Positions 62,113 to 64,000 of a stretch of 64,000 nt of DNA are shown in pieces (the stretch's first letter is position 1; every line of letters begins with the position of its first letter). The stretch is from Fibrobacteria bacterium. GTDB lineage: Bacteria > Fibrobacterota > Fibrobacteria > UBA11236 > JADFYW01. The notes beneath the pieces are model-generated. The model did not search any database. It was not told the origin of the DNA and saw nothing but the letters and a program-made list of their open reading frames with translations. The translations under genes and the position numbers were made by a program. The DNA lies in assembly GCA_965261055.1 (NCBI GenBank), contig OZ253440.1, positions 753,639 to 817,638 of the forward strand, in the 5' to 3' direction.

Positions 62113-64000
62113 ATGCACTTTCATATAAATTTTAAAGACAATTGGAGCTTTTGTCTAGACCCTGAAAATATTGGTGAAGAAACTCGTTTATTCTCAAAAC
62201 TGCCTAAAAAAGCTCAAAAAATTGAACTTCCTCATATTTGGCAAACATCTGATCCCCAAAAAGATTGTAGCATTGGCTATTACTATAAAAAATTTAAATT
62301 ACCTCAAGATCAGCCGTACAAAAAATTCATTCTTCATTTCGAATCTGTTTATCACTTTTTAAAACTTTGGATTAATGAAAAATTAGTAGGTGAACATTTA
62401 GGAGGTAATGTACCTTTTGAATTTGATATCAGCTCTTATGTTTCTCTGACAAATGAGAATTTAATCTCTATAAAAGTAGAACGCCCTAATCACGAAAACA
62501 TTCTAGAAAAATTATCTCTCAAAGAAATTCCTGTTGGCTCTTTAAATAATAGTCATTTGTTTTTTGGAATAAACGGCAATGTTCAACTTGCTGCAAGTTC
62601 TATACCTGCTGTCAAAAAAGTAGAATGCTACCCTGACTATGAAGGCAACATCATTACTATAGATACTCAATTTTGGGCTCCCAAAAATCAAAAATTAGAA
62701 GTTTTATATAATATTACTGACCCTTCAGGAAAAACCGATAGTCTACCTAAAATTTTAGAAAGCTCCAAAGAAAACCCAAAACATCTTATTTCTTTCAACA
62801 TTACAAATGCAGAAGAATGGAATTTAGAAAACCCAAAACTTTACGGATTAGAAATTAAGCTCACAAATGGATCTTCCGTTAAAACAACTTTTGGCCTTCG
62901 TAGAGTTGAAATTGAAAAATCTATGATACGCCTAAATCATAAAAACCAACCTTTTAAAGGTGTACAGTTTAAGCAAAAATTTCCATTTACTTTTACGATT
63001 CCTCATTTCAAACAAGATTTGAAAAAAGAACTCACTCTTTTAAAACAAAGTGGATTTAACTTAATCCGCTCTGGCAGTCTCCCTTTAAATCATAAAGTAT
63101 TAGATTTATGTGATTCTTTGGGAATCATGGTCATCCAAGAAACAACTTGCTTCACTCAAAAGTCAAGCAAAAAAGGTTTTTATTGGATTAAACAACATAT
63201 TGAAAGCATTATAAAAGAATATGGTAACCACCCATCTATTGTTGTCTGGGGAATGGGTAGTGATAACGCTTCCATGGCTCTAGAAAATGGTAATAAATTA
63301 ATTAAATTTACTTCTCAAATTGATCCTTTTCGCCCCATTATCTCTAATTTCAATTCCGTTTTTCTTGACAGCAATAATGCTGAAGAAATTGATAAAGGAA
63401 AAATCTATTCCCCAACTGATATGGAAATATATCAGTTTGAATCACACCGCTTTTATTTAGCCTTCCCTTTACGAACAAAAACAGAAAACTTTCTACGCTA
63501 CTATTGCTCTTATAAAGACTCTAAAGAAGTTAAAGATGGAGTTCACGGTCGTAAATCATTTTGGGAAAAATACAATTACATTAAAAGTAATCTTGACGGC
63601 AAAATTTTAATAGGTGGTCTCGGTGTCGGTATTCCAAATAAAACCAGTTCTCTATTAGAGAAAAAGCATTTTAAACTGTTTAAAAACACCAATCTCTATA
63701 AAAACCTAAAAAACTACGAGAATAGCATTTCAACTTTTATTAAAAAAACAGGCTTATGGAAAAAACCTGAAGATTTTTTTGAACAATGCAAAAATTTATT
63801 AGAAGAAAACACTCTTGCAGAACTCTCTATCATTGCCTCTAATACACAAATTTCTGGATATATGTTTGAATCTTGGACAGATGAAGATCATTTATATAAA
63901 GGTTTAACCGATTGGGATCGAAACCCAAAATCTCTATTAAATACCGTTGCTGATTTTAATAATAATCCGAAAATCCTACCTCAAATTGTAAGTAGAACAC
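62113..64000 (+). CDS. glycoside hydrolase family 2-like protein (partial, runs off window end); absent from ORF track
   Basis: A stop-free frame opens at ATG 62113. The N-terminus has the GH2 sugar-binding pattern NWSFCLDP...IELPHIW and ...FESVYHFLKLWINEKLVGEHLGGNVPFEFDISSYV. The TIM-barrel core has LIRSGSLPLNHKVLDLCDSLGIMVIQE and HPSIVVWGMGSDNAS. Confidence 0.6.
   Translation, partial: MHFHINFKDNWSFCLDPENIGEETRLFSKLPKKAQKIELPHIWQTSDPQKDCSIGYYYKKFKLPQDQPYKKFILHFESVYHFLKLWINEKLVGEHLGGNVPFEFDISSYVSLTNENLISIKVERPNHENILEKLSLKEIPVGSLNNSHLFFGINGNVQLAASSIPAVKKVECYPDYEGNIITIDTQFWAPKNQKLEVLYNITDPSGKTDSLPKILESSKENPKHLISFNITNAEEWNLENPKLYGLEIKLTNGSSVKTTFGLRRVEIEKSMIRLNHKNQPFKGVQFKQKFPFTFTIPHFKQDLKKELTLLKQSGFNLIRSGSLPLNHKVLDLCDSLGIMVIQETTCFTQKSSKKGFYWIKQHIESIIKEYGNHPSIVVWGMGSDNASMALENGNKLIKFTSQIDPFRPIISNFNSVFLDSNNAEEIDKGKIYSPTDMEIYQFESHRFYLAFPLRTKTENFLRYYCSYKDSKEVKDGVHGRKSFWEKYNYIKSNLDGKILIGGLGVGIPNKTSSLLEKKHFKLFKNTNLYKNLKNYENSISTFIKKTGLWKKPEDFFEQCKNLLEENTLAELSIIASNTQISGYMFESWTDEDHLYKGLTDWDRNPKSLLNTVADFNNNPKILPQIVSRT

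Overview
This 64 kb window is an AT-rich (roughly 30-33% GC) bacterial chromosomal segment under the standard genetic code; TAA is the stop in nearly all verified genes, with TGA in msrB and in the 19611 ORF. It is mostly housekeeping and DNA-repair genes in short, frequently overlapping operons. They include an XPB/ERCC3-type helicase, mfd, radA-tgt, recQ-pyrD, rarA, pyrE, fba, proBA, hisF, hisI, lepB, glnS, ctaB, ppa-msrB, an ABC-F ATPase, trpE/pabB-trpG/pabA, glycerate kinase, and a TPP-enzyme/aldehyde-dehydrogenase module. Interspersed are many secreted or lipoprotein genes, including two multi-domain bacterial Ig-like (Big_2) lipoproteins. Gene decay is unusually dense: a TrmH with an in-frame TGA, an HI0933-type flavoprotein, a RecB-like PD-(D/E)XK nuclease, a RumA-type methyltransferase, a MORN lipoprotein and a UPF0104 gene, plus 1-1.4 kb non-coding spacers. 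No rRNA, tRNA, CRISPR array or recognisable transposase or phage gene was seen. The most unusual structure is a paralogous lipoprotein family (35.2-38.8 kb and 45.1-46.3 kb) that shares a conserved upstream element with a 10-bp palindrome. That family also carries segmental duplications: the 3' tail of recQ is copied with the promoter block, and a second copy of a Big_2 gene 3' end plus terminator. It also has near-identical intragenic 250-280 bp tandem repeats and a perfect 23-bp tandem duplication. Two genes truncated by the window edges are missing from the ORF track: the ftsK 5' end at 1-375 (minus) and a GH2-like hydrolase from 62113 (plus). Most genes lack Shine-Dalgarno motifs, and a TAnnTTTG-like box sits upstream of the XPB gene, tentatively suggesting Bacteroidota-like expression signals. 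All family assignments rest on motif recognition by eye; no database search was run.
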